Shown here in pieces: positions 1 through 12,690 of a DNA stretch of 64,000 nucleotides. Position numbers and translations under genes: made by a program. The number at the start of each line of letters is the position of its first letter. Within the stretch, counting starts at the first letter, position 1. The DNA is from Lama glama (Eukaryota), in the NCBI GenBank assembly GCA_028534125.1, contig CM052816.1, positions 92,010,001 to 92,074,000 on the forward strand, given 5' to 3'. The notes beneath the pieces are model-generated. The model made no database searches and was not told where the DNA came from. It saw nothing but the letters and a program-made list of their open reading frames with translations.

Positions 1-45
1 CTGTGCTGTTTGGTATTTATTTTTAAGCATGAATAAGCATCTTAC

Positions 46-237
46 TTGCTCTGATGACTGCTGAGCAGCTGCCGGTAGTGTCCCACACACAGTGACTCTG
101 ACAACACCCTTGCTCAATAGGACCCAGCCGAGGGCATGGGAAAATCGGACCGGTTTGTCTGAGGAAGCACGAAATACCCAATCCGAGCGAACCTCTATTT
201 ATAATACAGCCCAGTCCGCTAATCCCTCAAAGTCTGT
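46..237 (-). other. PKHD1: Probable non-coding first exon (5' UTR) of PKHD1 (fibrocystin)
   Basis: The minus strand reads ACAGACTTTGAGGGATTAGCGG...CCTATTGAGCAAGGGTGTTGTCAGAGTCACT...CAGTCATCAGAGCAA, then a consensus donor CAA|GTAAGA (GT at 45-44). It resembles my recollection of the human PKHD1 mRNA 5' end, and the ~192 nt length fits. Gene identity is from memory and not database-checked. Confidence 0.68.
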
Positions 238-420
238 CCAGTTGTTTTTTAAAGTGTTAATGATGTTAGAGCTCAAGCCCGTTGACTGCTAATCATACAT
301 TAAACCAACATAAACATGGTTCTGGGGATATTTGATTCAATTAACTGTTTGTCATATTCCAACTTGGGAACAGCTGTAAGTGTAACCTCTACTACAATAA
401 GGTATTGACACATTTCTCAT
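238..420 (-). promoter_or_regulatory. Putative proximal promoter with HNF1-like sites
   Basis: Partial matches to GTTAATNATTAAC at ~256-268 (gttaatgatgtta), ~289-301 (gctaatcatacat) and ~333-345 (tgattcaattaac). PKHD1 is an established HNF1B target via a proximal site. Confidence 0.5.
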
Positions 421-1304
421 CTTCTTTTTTCCTAGTGAAAAACCACAATGGCAACAAATATTTGGAATCTCTGTACAATAAGCGTCACCAGCCTACTTAT
501 CTCTCTCAGCTACCCTGTTTTTGCAGGGGCTAGGGAATTGCAAAATTAAGAGGACAGGATGACATAGAAGAAGCAATTATTTTTATCAAAGGTTTCACTT
601 CTTTTTGTTTTCTGTGTCATTCTGCATCATTTAATCAATGGAAATTTCTGGATCCCTGCCATCCAAGTCAGAGCCCTTTAAATGGAAACAGCAACCATGA
701 GCCACAATAACAGGTTTCCCACTTCCAAGAGCAGTTGACGCTTTGGGGTCAGAGCACAGAAGACCTTTAGCTAGATCTCTCAAGAAGTGAGGAATAGCTT
801 CACGTTGCATAATGATTTGATTTTCCAAGTCCTTTAATTTTTGTGTTTCCCAATGAAAGCCTCCCCTTATTTGTCACTTAGACATGTTGTGACCAAGTAA
901 ATTGGGCTACAGGCAAATAAGAGAAAGCAGTAAAAAGTCCCAGAGTCTAGAAGTTGTCAAATGCCCATCAGACCAGGGCCAACTCAAGGGCATTCAGTGT
1001 CTGTTAATGCTTTTCCTATAGAGGCTGTCAGATCCACACTTTACAAACTCCCGCTAAAATGCGTGGTGTGGAGTCAATGAGAAATGTTTCCTTAATCAGC
1101 TGTTTCACTCCTATTCTTTCCAATAGTCCATGGAATGGTGGATTAACACCCTGTCTCAGTCTCATGCCTACCAGGGCAGAATTCCATCACTTACTTTTTC
1201 CACGGCTGTGTTACGGAAGTCAACTAATTCCAGCTTTCCTTTAGACCGAGTATTGATTCATCATTCATTAATGTTTGTAGGGTGAGTGGTTTTTCTAGAA
1301 ATAG

Positions 1305-1420
1305 TATAGAATCATGGAATTTTCAAGTTGGGAGGGTTTTAGAGATCAGAGTTCAACTCCTGTACTTGATAGATGAAGAATCTGTAATCAAGAGTGGACA
1401 AATGACTTAAATGGGGATAG
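1305..1420 (-). mobile_element. MIR SINE fragment
   Basis: atagaatcatggaattt...ttagagatcagagttcaac...agatgaagaatctg resembles the MIR core in reverse. Confidence 0.55.
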
Positions 1421-3122
1421 CAGGGGCCCAGCACTGTTTAACCTGGGTTTGTTCTTTCTTCTTCAGCAAGCAAGGAGCCAGAAAACCACATCAGATCACA
1501 GAGAACAGCTCCAGCCCTGCCTTGAGCACTAGAAAAAGGAAGGGAGACCAGAGGTGTCAGAGCAGAGGTGATATTCACAAGACTAGCAACTGGTGTGGTA
1601 CAGGCACTGAGCAAGCAGCGTGGGTATTGGCCACACACCTGGAACAGGGTTCTGGGTGACTGCTGTGCTGGGCACGAAATTTTAGCTACTGAATACTGGG
1701 GAAATCTGGTGGGAACAAGGGAGGGGCTGGAGCAGCCAGGGATGGGGCTCTTGGAAAATGTGAGACAGAAGCCAAATAGACTAACCAACATGGAAGTATT
1801 TCAGTGTTTATACAACTGGTATTCCATATCAGCATGAGCCAGCCCAGCTTGGAAGAGTTGGTACTTATGGAAAAGGATGTAACTAACCATTTTATGTTCC
1901 AAGGACATAATGTGAAAACTCCATGGTACTTAGGGTCATTGCCAGGGAAAAGTAAAGGGAGGTGATTCTAGGTCTGTTGGTGACATCAATCTTGATATCT
2001 TGTGCCCCTTTGCATGTTGGAACATACTGTGCAGGTAAATTGCACAAAGAAATGCCACAAGAGGGTATTACTTTGTGGGGCACACAGAAAAGAGGACCCA
2101 GTGTCACCACAGGGCTCTGCTCCCCATCTGGAAGTCACTGCAAGAGACCAGCTGTCCCAACTCCTCTTCCCACTGCAAGTGCTGGGAAGCACATCATACA
2201 AGACACAGCTCGTCAGTGCAGAGTCTGCTCAGCTGCAGTCAGTCTTCACGGTGAGCATAGAGAGTTAGGCTAGAGCTAGGACCGATGCTGCCTCAGGACC
2301 ATCAGGATTCCCTGCAAACTCTTGGCACACGGCAGGAAGGGTAGCACTGCTGTTTGGCTGCTGGAACTTGCAGGTGGGAGGTCCCAGGTGCGCTGGCCCT
2401 GGGCGTGGACTGAGTCCCCTCCACTGACGTGGGAGGAGAGAGGGCGACACCTCGCTTTCTCAAGGTGGCGTGACTAGAAACAAGTGTAACCAGATCCCTA
2501 ATCAATCACCTGAACTGCAGTGCTGTGTTCTCCTCCCCACCACGCGGTCATGATAATGTATCGCACGGGGACGTTCCTATGAAATAAGATACTGAACTTG
2601 ACTCTCTATGCAGAGAGGACTGCAGGAAGCCCATCATTAGTAATGGCTGGTTTCAGGAATTTTCCATTCACTCAGTCATTTGCTCCTTTCCAATGGCTCT
2701 AAAATGACTCTTTCCTGTTCTGCCGGAAGATAGCGCTGAGTTTAGGGTCTGTGTTTTGATCACTCATTGATTTATTCATCTACTACTCTTATGAGAGGAT
2801 CTGAGCCAGGCCCTGGGAATACAAAGATGCTGTGACAGATTTCCCCCATCTGTCTCTCAACCAGGAGCCAACAGACTATGAGCATTAGCATCCTGAGAGG
2901 GGACAAATGTCCTTTTGTCATTCTATTTAAACAGCTTTTCAAATATCTTTACGGAAATTTTCATGATTCAGCACTAGACCGACCAGGATTAATCAGATCT
3001 GAATACAGCCTGTTTCTATCAAATATATAACACTTCTGACCCGTTGTCCCTAAGCCAAACTTAGAAACCTGAATTCTTCCTTCCCATTAGATGAGTTATT
3101 CCCCACAAGCCTCCCTGGTCTT

Positions 3123-3565
3123 TGTAGAGGGCTAATGGTGGTCTTATAAAAGATGTGTACTTGTGCTAACTTGCGGAAGCATGAATGTAACCTTATTTGG
3201 AAGAAGAGTTTTTGCAGATATAATTATGTTACGATCTCAAGATGAGATCATGCTGGATTGTCTAGGTGCACCCTAAATCCAATGATAAGCATCCTTACAA
3301 GAAACAGAAAAGGAGACACACAGTGAGGAGGGCCGTGTGAAAACATAGGCAGAGATTAGAGTTATGCAGACACAAGCCAAGGATGCCAACAGCCACTAGA
3401 AGGTAGAAGAGCAGAGAAGGATTCTCCCCAGAGCCTCTGCGAGGAATACAGTCCTACCAACACCTTGATTTCAGAATTCTGGCCTTCAGAGCTATGAGAG
3501 GATAAATATCTACTGCTTTAAGCCACCAGGTTTGTGGTCAATTGTTGCAGCAGCCACAGGATACA
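3123..3565 (+). mobile_element. MaLR solo LTR (MLT1B/C-like)
   Basis: Typical MLT1 motifs: gaatgtaaccttatttgga, ccctaaatccaatga, caacaccttgatttcag, ttaagccaccaggtttgtgg; TG...CA ends. Confidence 0.85.
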
Positions 3566-4327
3566 GCCTTTCACACAACTATGTTCCTGTGTGGTTCCTC
3601 ACCTACTCTCCATTTAGATGTGACTTCAAATACTAATGGCGGTTGAAATAGTCAAGTCAAGCAAACTGCATTTGTTGACAACTCATTTCTACCTTATATG
3701 AATTTCCTTGGATCTGCTGATGAAGTCCTGTGGGGGTGGATAAATGTACAATCTCTCTTATGCATTTTGAAATACAGCAACTCAAGATTGGGCCATCATT
3801 TCTGGTTTTTCAGCGTTTAGGAGAAAGGGGATCTCCAGCTGGAAGCATCGTTCTGGGCTTCTATGGTATAGGAAGGTCTTAGCCCTGATAGAAAAGAGGC
3901 TCTACTTTCTCTTTCTAGAAGAAATACTTTCATTTACTTATATGACCATTTTGAACTTGGGACTCTTTCAAGTTGCATTTTATTAGAAAACTGTACCACA
4001 GGATGCATAAGGAGACACATGCTGTGCCCGGAGCCAGCAGCGGCACCAGTACTGGACATTCCACAGATGTTTGTTAAATAAAATTGATTGTATTTATCTC
4101 TGAATCTATTTTTGGTATTCTCCGCACATTTGTCCTCTGTTACCTGAGGACATGGCTGTTATTTCTCTTCCAAATCAAGAAATCTAAAACACGCAGAGTG
4201 CTATGGAAATTGAGAAGACAGCAGAATTACTTTTGCCCCAGGGAGACTAAGACTTTCCTGAACTTGCAGGGCACTGGATTTTTCCTTCTTGTGTGACTCT
4301 GAATGGTCTCTGGTTTGTAGTAAAGGG

Positions 4328-4375
4328 GTGTGTGTCTGTGTGTGTTTGTGTGTGTGCATGGGTGTGTGTGCATGT
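4328..4375. repeat. Imperfect (TG)n microsatellite
   Basis: gtgtgtgtctgtgtgtgtttgtgtgtgtgcatgggtgtgtgtgc is directly visible. Confidence 0.85.
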
Positions 4376-5599
4376 CTGGTCTCATAAATTCTTTGAAGGC
4401 AAAGACTTGTCACATATGCATGTTTGGAACCTCCCTACCCATATGCAGAGCATCCAACGAAAGTCCCTTTCATGGAGAAGAGGCTGAAAACCCTTTCTGA
4501 ATAAAAGCTTCCAGCTTCCCCTGATCCTCTGTTCTAGAGATGGTGCAGGGGCTCTGGCTGCCAGCTGGAGAGGGTGGTAGATGATAACATGGAAGCAACA
4601 AATAACTGTGGCCACATGGTGTTACACTTCTCTTTTATAAACTTTCCGTTTCTGTCAGCATCATTCTTGGAGGCTTTTCCCCTCAGTGGTTATAAACTAA
4701 GATGCTGCTCCCTGACCTGGGCTGCTGCTTGGGTCACTTGAGATCTCCTCCCAAGAACAAAGTGGAATGCTCTGCCTTTTGTCTGCTTCGTCCCAACCAT
4801 AATTTATTTAAACCCAGCCTGTTGTGGTTTATTTACCTCCATCAGTCCGTTCTGTGGGATGCGGGCCCCTGTGTGTTCTTGCTCTGTTTCCAGTCTCACA
4901 TGCAAGTATGTTTAGCTATTGAATTTGATCTCTCTTTAAACCTGAGTCCTGCACCTGTTAGGACCCGATGCCTTTTGGCTCTGGCTGGACAACATTGCTT
5001 TAAGTATTTAGGAGAACAGCATACTTTTTATAGACATTTATCTTTATATTGGTATTTTACTTCTGAATTTTGAAGGAGTTTTGTCAATTTCTGGGAAAAA
5101 GAGTTTGGGTTTTCTTTTAATTATTTTTCTTTTATCTTTTAGAATTTTGTTGGTCTTAGATTGCATTCCATCACATTTTTAGTTCAGAACTTTTCTGAGG
5201 TCATTCTATTCTTTTTCCTTGAGAAGTGCTCTTCCTGTCTTGGTACACTACAAAAATGCGGGCATTTTAGTGATAACATGTACTAAGAAGTTGTTTTGTT
5301 GTGAGAAAACTGGCCTCTGGAGGGCACTGCAAAGTTTACACACCACACACATTATGGCTATTTCTTCCTACTTCAAGTACTGATGGTGGTTAGATTATGT
5401 AGTAAATGCTTTATTCAGTTGTTAACGTGCCTAGGCTCAGAAAACACATGCGAGCATTGCAATTTGAAAATAATAATTGAGAAATGTCTAGCTAGATCAT
5501 AGGTTGTTTTATGGAAGGCAGATTCATGGATTCAATGAGAGGCAGAAAGTGACCTTGACCCAGATCTTGACTTCTTAGTTTTAAAAATGGTTCTAGCTG

Positions 5600-6769
5600 C
5601 ATAAATCTCAGCAATGTCCCCCTAGGGAAGTCTATCCAAGAAATAGAAATAAAAATAAAAATAAACAAATGGGACCTAATTGAACTCGTAAGCTTTTGCA
5701 CAGCAAAGGAAACCAAAAGGAAAGCAAAACAAACTGACAACCTACAGAATGGAATAAAATATTTGCAAATGATGTGACTGACAAAGGCTTAATTTTCAGA
5801 ATATAGATATATAAGTTCATATAACTTAACAAAAAGCAAACAATCCAATCCAAAAATGGACAGAAGACCTAAACAAGTAATTCTCCAACGAAGACATGCA
5901 AATGGCCAATAGGCACATGAAACAATGCTCAATATTGCTAATTATTAGAGAAATGCAAATCAAAACTACAATGAGGTATCACCTTACACCAGTCAGAATG
6001 GCCATCATTCAAAAGTCCAGAGAAAAGGAAATCCTCCTACACTATTGTTGGGAATGTAGTTTGGTGCAGCCATTATGAAAAACAATATGGAGATTCCTCA
6101 AAAACTAAACATAGACTTACCATATGATCCAGTAATCCCATTCCTGGGCATACATCCAGAGGAAACTCTAATTTGAAAAAATACATTTACCCCAGTGTTC
6201 ATAGCAGCACTATATACAATAGCCAAGACATGGAAACAACCTCAATGTCCAGCAGCAGATGACTGGATAAAGAAGTTGTGGTATATTTATTCAATGGAAT
6301 ACTACTCAGCAATAAAAAGAATAAAATAATGCCATTTGCAGCAACATAGATAGACCTGGAGATCGTCATTCTAAGTGAAATAAGCCAGAAAGAGAAAGAA
6401 AACTACCACATGATATCACTAATATGTGGAATCTAACAAAAAAGAAAAAAGAGGACACTAATGAACTCATTTACAAAACAGAAACAGACATAGTAAACAA
6501 ACTTGTGGTTACTGGGGGGAAAGGGGGTATGGAGGAAGTAAATTGGGAGTTCGAGATTTGCAAATATTAACTGCTATATATAAAATAAACAAGAAGTTTC
6601 TTCTACATAGCCCAAGGAACTATATTCAATACCTTATAGTAACCTATAATGAAGAAAAATGAAAATGACTATGTGTATATGTATATATGTGTGAGTGAAA
6701 TATTATGCTCTACACTAGAAATTGACATACCATAACTGACTACACTTCAATTAAAAAATAAAATAAAAT
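5600..6769 (+). mobile_element. 5'-truncated LINE-1 (end of ORF2 plus 3' UTR) with decayed TSD
   Basis: ORF2 C-terminal peptide [12 protein letters not shown]...[19 protein letters not shown] and an A-rich tail. TSD aaaatggttctagctg (5584-5599) versus aacatagtcctagctg (6770-6785), 13/16 identical. Confidence 0.95.
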
Positions 6770-8140
6770 AACATAGTCCTAGCTGTGGAAATGCATAGCC
6801 CAAATGAATCATGCAATGTTTGTGCAGCCTGGCTGTGATCAACTTACAATACATACAGAAACAAAACAAAACATCTTTTTCTTCTGAGTGCTCAACAGCT
6901 ATTTATTCAATTCAATTAAATAAATGAAGGCATGAGAATTTAACTATTACTTTAAACAAATAAATGCATTTATTATTTATTTTTAGAAGCAATAGCAAGT
7001 GTGCATTTAAATCATGCATAAGAAAAACTTTTTAAGCTACACTCTACAGTTTAAATATTTGTTCTATGCAAACATTGCTATAACTCTGATGTGACCGAGA
7101 CTCAGCATTTTATTACAGCCCCCAGAGAGAAACTGAAATCCAAAATCCATTCATGAGTAATGCAGATGTTACTAAAGATTTCACGGGGCAGCGGATTATC
7201 ACATAGCGAATTGTAAGCTGATTTTTCCAGCGCCTCTTCTTTCACAAAACCCATTCCCACAGTCTTCCCGTTCCTCCTCTCTCCACAATCCCTTTCACAA
7301 CCGGCTCCCCATGTCTGTTCCAGGACCATCCAGGGAGGGTTTTGGCAGCCCTTTGATGGAAGGGTGAGGTCCTAAAGGGGAAGTCAATTACGCTGTTCTC
7401 TAAGCAGTGGGGCTTTGCTGAGTAGGATAAATAAGCTCCGACCTAGAGCTGAGCTACCTTTTGTGGGGTGCAGAGCAAATTTTGGAGACTCAGTGGTGGA
7501 GAGATGGCAACTGGGCTTTGGGGATGTACTTGCGGGTCTAGACAAGCTAGCCTTGATTCATAGTTTCCATGTGCAGTGTCTACTCAGCAGGAGGGCTTCA
7601 CCTGTCCTTCCCAGGGCACCTCCCAAGGGCACAGCAGCGTCTGAGTCCGTGTCAGGAATTGCCCCAGGTGCCTCTCAAGCTAACTCTGCAGTGTTACACC
7701 CACCTTTTCACGGGCCAGACCCTTCCCTGCAGTTTTTTCAACTGTAATTCCAGCTTCTTCCATTCCAAAGGGCCCTGCTTCCTCTGTGATAATTGAGGAA
7801 GATTTTGATCAGCCACACAAGACTTGAGAGTGAGCTGCTTCCTTGAGATTAGACACACTAATGTCAGGATGTAGCTGCGTCCAGCAGAGTGGGATGGTGC
7901 CCACAGTGAGCCTCTGGTTTCGTCTTAATCAGGGTCAGAGTTAGCCCCCAAGTGAAAGGCCCAATGACAGCAGCCAGACATGAGGACCCTGTGGTGAATT
8001 CTGACTCCTGGTGGGACTCAAGACATCAGTAGTGCAGGGATCACTTTGAATTCACCTAGCGGGGATGGCTGTGGACGTGGCCAGCCTCCCCCACTGCCAA
8101 GCTCTAATCACGTGGTAAGCCATTCAGGTCTCTTCCACCC

Positions 8141-8580
8141 TGTGTTAATTTGCTATTATTGGTTCTGTAACAAATCATCACAAACTTAGCAGCCTGGAAC
8201 AACCTTATTTTATGAACTTTCCGTTCTGGAGGTCAGAAGTCCTAAATGAGTCAGCAGGGCTGCATTGCTTCTGAACGTTCTAGGGAGGAATTCATTTCCT
8301 TGCCTTTCCCAGCTACCAAAGGCTGCCCAGACTCCTTGGCTTGTGGCCCTGCATCACTCTGATCTGCTTCCACTGTGACATCACCTTCTCTGAGTGACCC
8401 TCCTACCTCCCTAATAATAAGGACCTTGGGGTTTACATTGGATCTACCAAGCTTATCTCCCCATCTCGTCATCTTTAACTTCATCACATATGTAAGGTCC
8501 CTTAAGTCACTTTAGATGACATTCACAGGATCTGAAGATCAAGACGTGGACATCTTTGAGGCCATCCTTCAGCTGAACAC
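8141..8580 (-). mobile_element. MaLR solo LTR (MLT1C/D-like)
   Basis: tgtaacaaatcatcacaaacttagc...ttctggaggtcagaagtcc...tctagggaggaattcatttccttgccttttcccagct are reverse MLT1 motifs. Confidence 0.85.
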
Positions 8581-10521
8581 ACACCCCTTCTTCAGCTTCC
8601 TGTGGTCTGTGGGATGAGAGGTCCTCAGTACTGCTTAGCCTAATCGTTGGCAAAACCAAAGCATCTCAGCTCGAGTCCTTCTCATTCCCTGAGGTTTTCA
8701 GGCTCACCTTAGCTTTTCTAGCATTTGCGTGGTATCTCCTATTCAAAGGCTACCAGAAAATGACCGTCTTCTCCAGAAACAAAACAACAAAATTTCCATT
8801 TCCCTGCATCCAAGGGAGTTATCTCAGAAACTCTTCCCCTTCATGGGAGTACACCCTGCCATTTGAGGGAAACAGTTCCCAAAACTTTTTGAGCCAAGGC
8901 CTTGACAAACTGTTGTGTCTTTCCTCTTCTCTGACAATTCTTAAAATACTTAGCCAGTGTGTCTGTTGGCTAGAGCTGTGTAGGTATTGCCTGTCTGGGA
9001 AAACTTGATGACTCCAGTGCAGACAATGTAAGGGGCTTCACTAATTCATTCTTCACTTGTTCTTCACTTCATTCTCTCAGTCCTTTCACTGACAAACTTG
9101 CAGGCTTCTGTTACAATCGGTCAGCCAAGGTTCAGACGTCTTCTCTCCTGGAGTGGATGTCCTGTTGCTTGAAAACACCTAAGGCTTCTGGTGCATCACT
9201 ATTTCTTATGCAGACAACATGATCTCTCCTGTTTCCTGTCTCCATGTGTTAGCCACGTTTCTGATGGACAATCCAGGCTCCAGGTGATGGTCTGAGATAA
9301 GAGTGTTAAAAATATCTCTCCCTGCACTCCCTTCTCCATTATCTCCCAGAAAGTGTTGATGGTCACAGAGGAATTATTTTCAACAACTTGATTCTGTACT
9401 TTATCCCTCTTTTTCAACCACATTTTATCTCCTAAAGACTTTGAGTCACACTCTTAACATCGTCCAACTGAATGGAAAAAAATCTGCACTGTATCGCCAT
9501 TGTTTCAAACTCAAATGACTCACTCCAGAGATTTTGATTAGTCAGTGATGGAGAATCATCCTGCCTGAGGATCCCCAAATCCAGGTCTTGGGCTCTGACA
9601 TGGAACTTCCATGAATGGCCTCTCAGCGTGTTTTCTTCTCTTTCATTTGTTCAGTGAAATGTGGGGCACTCACTTGCGTTTTTAGAGGGGAAGACTGTAT
9701 GTCCCTTTTGAGTTATCTCACACAAACATGGATGCAACTCTCTCGGCGGGTAGTGGAACAGGCAAGTTGCCAGACCTAAGTGAGGAAAGAACTAGGGTCT
9801 CGTTAGCTCACAAAACTTGTCATATCTCAAGTCTGTAATTCTTTTCTGCATTCCAGTGACTCCATGATGGTCCAGATGCCATCACAGACCTCTGTGTGTT
9901 CAGAGGAAGCAAGGACCACTCAGTGCCAAACTCAGCCATGATATCTCTAGGCTTAGGGTTCTGAGATTGGTGTGGTGTTCAGCTCCTGACTCCTCGGGCT
10001 TGCGGGCATCCCCAAGAAGGTGAGGTCTCCTTACAAACCCACAACCATCACCAGCCTTCTTTCTAGTGGGCCATTGGAGGAGGACTGGACTCTTGTGACT
10101 TCCAAACTCTGATCTGATTACATTCTCTTTCTCCAGACAATGGGCCTCCTGTCCAACTTCTCAAAGAAATTTGCCCCAGTGAGTCTAAGCAGTGTTTCCT
10201 TCATCCCCAAAAGAGGCTACTGAAGTGATTGTACAGTGTTTGCACCTACCTGTTTAGGTAAGCTACTCTTAGTGATTTTAAGTTGATGTTCCAACAACTC
10301 TCTTATAGAACAGAAAGTTACGGCTCATGCAAGTCTGTTTAACGGGGAGGTTTAAACCTCTTTCTCACCATCTCTTTGCTGCTCAGTACTGAGCCCCTTA
10401 ATGAACAGTATTTGCTCAGTTCTATCACTTTCTAGTAAGTCTGAATTTGTAGAAAAACTACTTCTCAGTCCTGATCACTGAGAAATTTCAGTCTCACATT
10501 TTGGTTAAAACTCTCCTTCCT

Positions 10522-10643
10522 TAGAGAAAAAAATGTGACAATGAGTGTGTATATGTCCATGAATGACTGAAAATTGTGCTGAACACTGGAATTTGACACA
10601 ACATTGTAAAATGATTATAAATCAATAAAAAATGTTAAAAAAA
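10522..10643 (+). mobile_element. Very short young LINE-1 3'-end insertion with perfect 15-bp TSD
   Basis: L1 3' UTR tip (ggaatttgacacaacattgtaaaatga...aataaaaaatgttaaaaaaaa) flanked by aaaactctccttcct at 10507-10521 and 10644-10658. Confidence 0.92.
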
Positions 10644-11559
10644 AAAACTCTCCTTCCTCTCCCCTCTCACACTCAGAGTTGCTAGGAGGCTTGGAGCAGT
10701 GAGGGAGGGTGTCGTCTGCTCTCAAACACCCACCTTCCCTTTTCCTTGGGCTTCACTGCAGGACGAAAAGGAGGGAGAGGAGAAATGGTGCCCCCTATCT
10801 GACTTCTTGCATGGGCTGAAAGCTTCCTTGGTTAAATCTAATTTCCACTTTAAATCATTGTCTGTTCGCTCAGTTGAAAGGAAGTGGTGGCCAGGTCTCC
10901 TATGCCTTGAAGGCTGTTGGTGAGAATTGGCCATCTCCAGTTGATCACTATTTAACAGCATCATACTGCAGACTTCTTAGCAGGGCTCCTTTTTGTCCTT
11001 CTGTTTTAGACTGCCCTCATCCCTAGCAAGCCTGTAGCACACACTATCTCCCAGCTGCCACAGTCTCATCTACCACCTCAATCTCCCAATCATTTGCAGG
11101 ATCCACATTCCACATCGCTCAAGAACAAGGAATGGAAGACCAACACTGCTCTTTCTCCATGTGATCATCCCTCTACACAGTTCTTCACTAATGCAGGCTT
11201 CCCTGCAGAAATAACAGGTGATGTTTAGCAAGCATATTGACCAAGGAGACATCTAAACATGGAATTCTATGTGTTTCCCTTTTTGCAGTTAATTCATATT
11301 ATTTATAAGTGGATTTTATGAGTCTTTTTTCCCCTAGTCTATGGAAAAGGGAATAGTTTCTCTACATGAACTCTGCCTACAGGTGCTAAAATTACATACT
11401 CACCCTCTCTACTAGCCTGCCCTACTGCTTTTTATTTATTGTACCTTTAACTGCACAGTGGTATTTGTTTATCCTTTAATGTTATTACGAATCTTAGTCT
11501 CTATTTCTATGGATTATGGATACTCTGTCTTCCTGAAATCTCTATCACCTTCAAATTAT

Positions 11560-11690
11560 AAGAGAATATTCTTATTTTCCCTAATTTAAATGTCTTTACT
11601 TAAAATTTAGATGTGTAATCCAAATGGAATTTATTTTTCTGTATGGTGTGAGGTAAGGATTCAATTATATTTTATCCACTATGACTTCAT
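11560..11690 (-). mobile_element. Old LINE-1 fragment
   Basis: tttagatgtgtaatccaaatggaatttatttttctgtatggtgtgaggtaagga is antisense L1 ORF2-like. Confidence 0.65.
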
Positions 11691-12339
11691 GAAATCCTGA
11701 ATCTTTTGCAAGATTTGCAATTTTCACTAAAATTGATTTGTCTAATTTTTTCAGTTTTGTTTTGCACAGTATGCAAGATCTTCCTATCAGCCAAGACGGG
11801 CTAGCACTGACAGAGAAATGGACATAACTGAAGGATAAGTGGATTCAAAAAAAGAGAGAGATAAGAGAGTACATTTCTCAGTCTCAGTACTTTAGTCAAT
11901 ACTTTTGATTATGAAGGTGTCTTTCTTCTAGGTGCAATCTTTAAAATGCAACTTGGGTAAGGAGGACCCTGTATCATATCACATGAGTGATGAAGCAAGT
12001 GAAAATCGCAAAGTAAAAAGCATTGTTATTAGCTCTGAGCAGCTCCACACTCAGTTTCTTTGGGTAAAAAGAAGTGCAGAGTCATGCTTCTGGAGTCACG
12101 TGGTGCCATGAAACTTCCCCAATATTTAGAGCAGAGGAGACAGGCATGTTGTACATATGGTAGGTCCTAAGATTCTCTCAAATCCCTATTATTCAGTGAC
12201 CTCCCCAAAGGGAAAAGTAAGGCTTTTTAACCTTAGGTAATAAAATGAGTCATACAGAAAGAAAACATATATCTTGACAGAGAAGAAACTTGGATATATA
12301 TGCACTTTGTTAGAGAAATTATGTTAAAGCTACTACTGC

Positions 12340-12690
12340 AGTTTTATGTTCAATCAATAAATACCAGTTGAGTTTACCTCCCCACCACTGATTTGCAAAG
12401 CTCAATGGAGAGGAGAATCCAGAGGTAAATAATAGTCCTCATTTTATAGGACTGTCTTTTCACAAAGAGCTTTTTTCCAGACATGAAGAAAGAACACATT
12501 TATGAAACACTAAATGACTACGCAGGAAAATAAATGCTGTGAGAGTGATGGATCATTAAAGGCAGTGATGACAAAGAGTAGCTTCATAGCGGAGGTGAAA
12601 AGTCAGTAAGCTCTAAAGAATGAGGACGCATTGGAAACGGAGGAGAGGGTATTTCAGGAGGAGAAACATGAACAAAGCAAGCAGGGGGAA
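12340..12690 (-). mobile_element. Probable L2 fragment
   Basis: ttcaatcaataaatac...taaatgctgtgagagt...gtatttcaggaggagaaacatgaacaaagc resemble the antisense L2 3' region. Confidence 0.45.

Noticed and set aside
1550..1850. Possible ancient DNA transposon relic with a short repeated motif (caactggt)
   Set aside because: Too degenerate to assign or delimit by eye.
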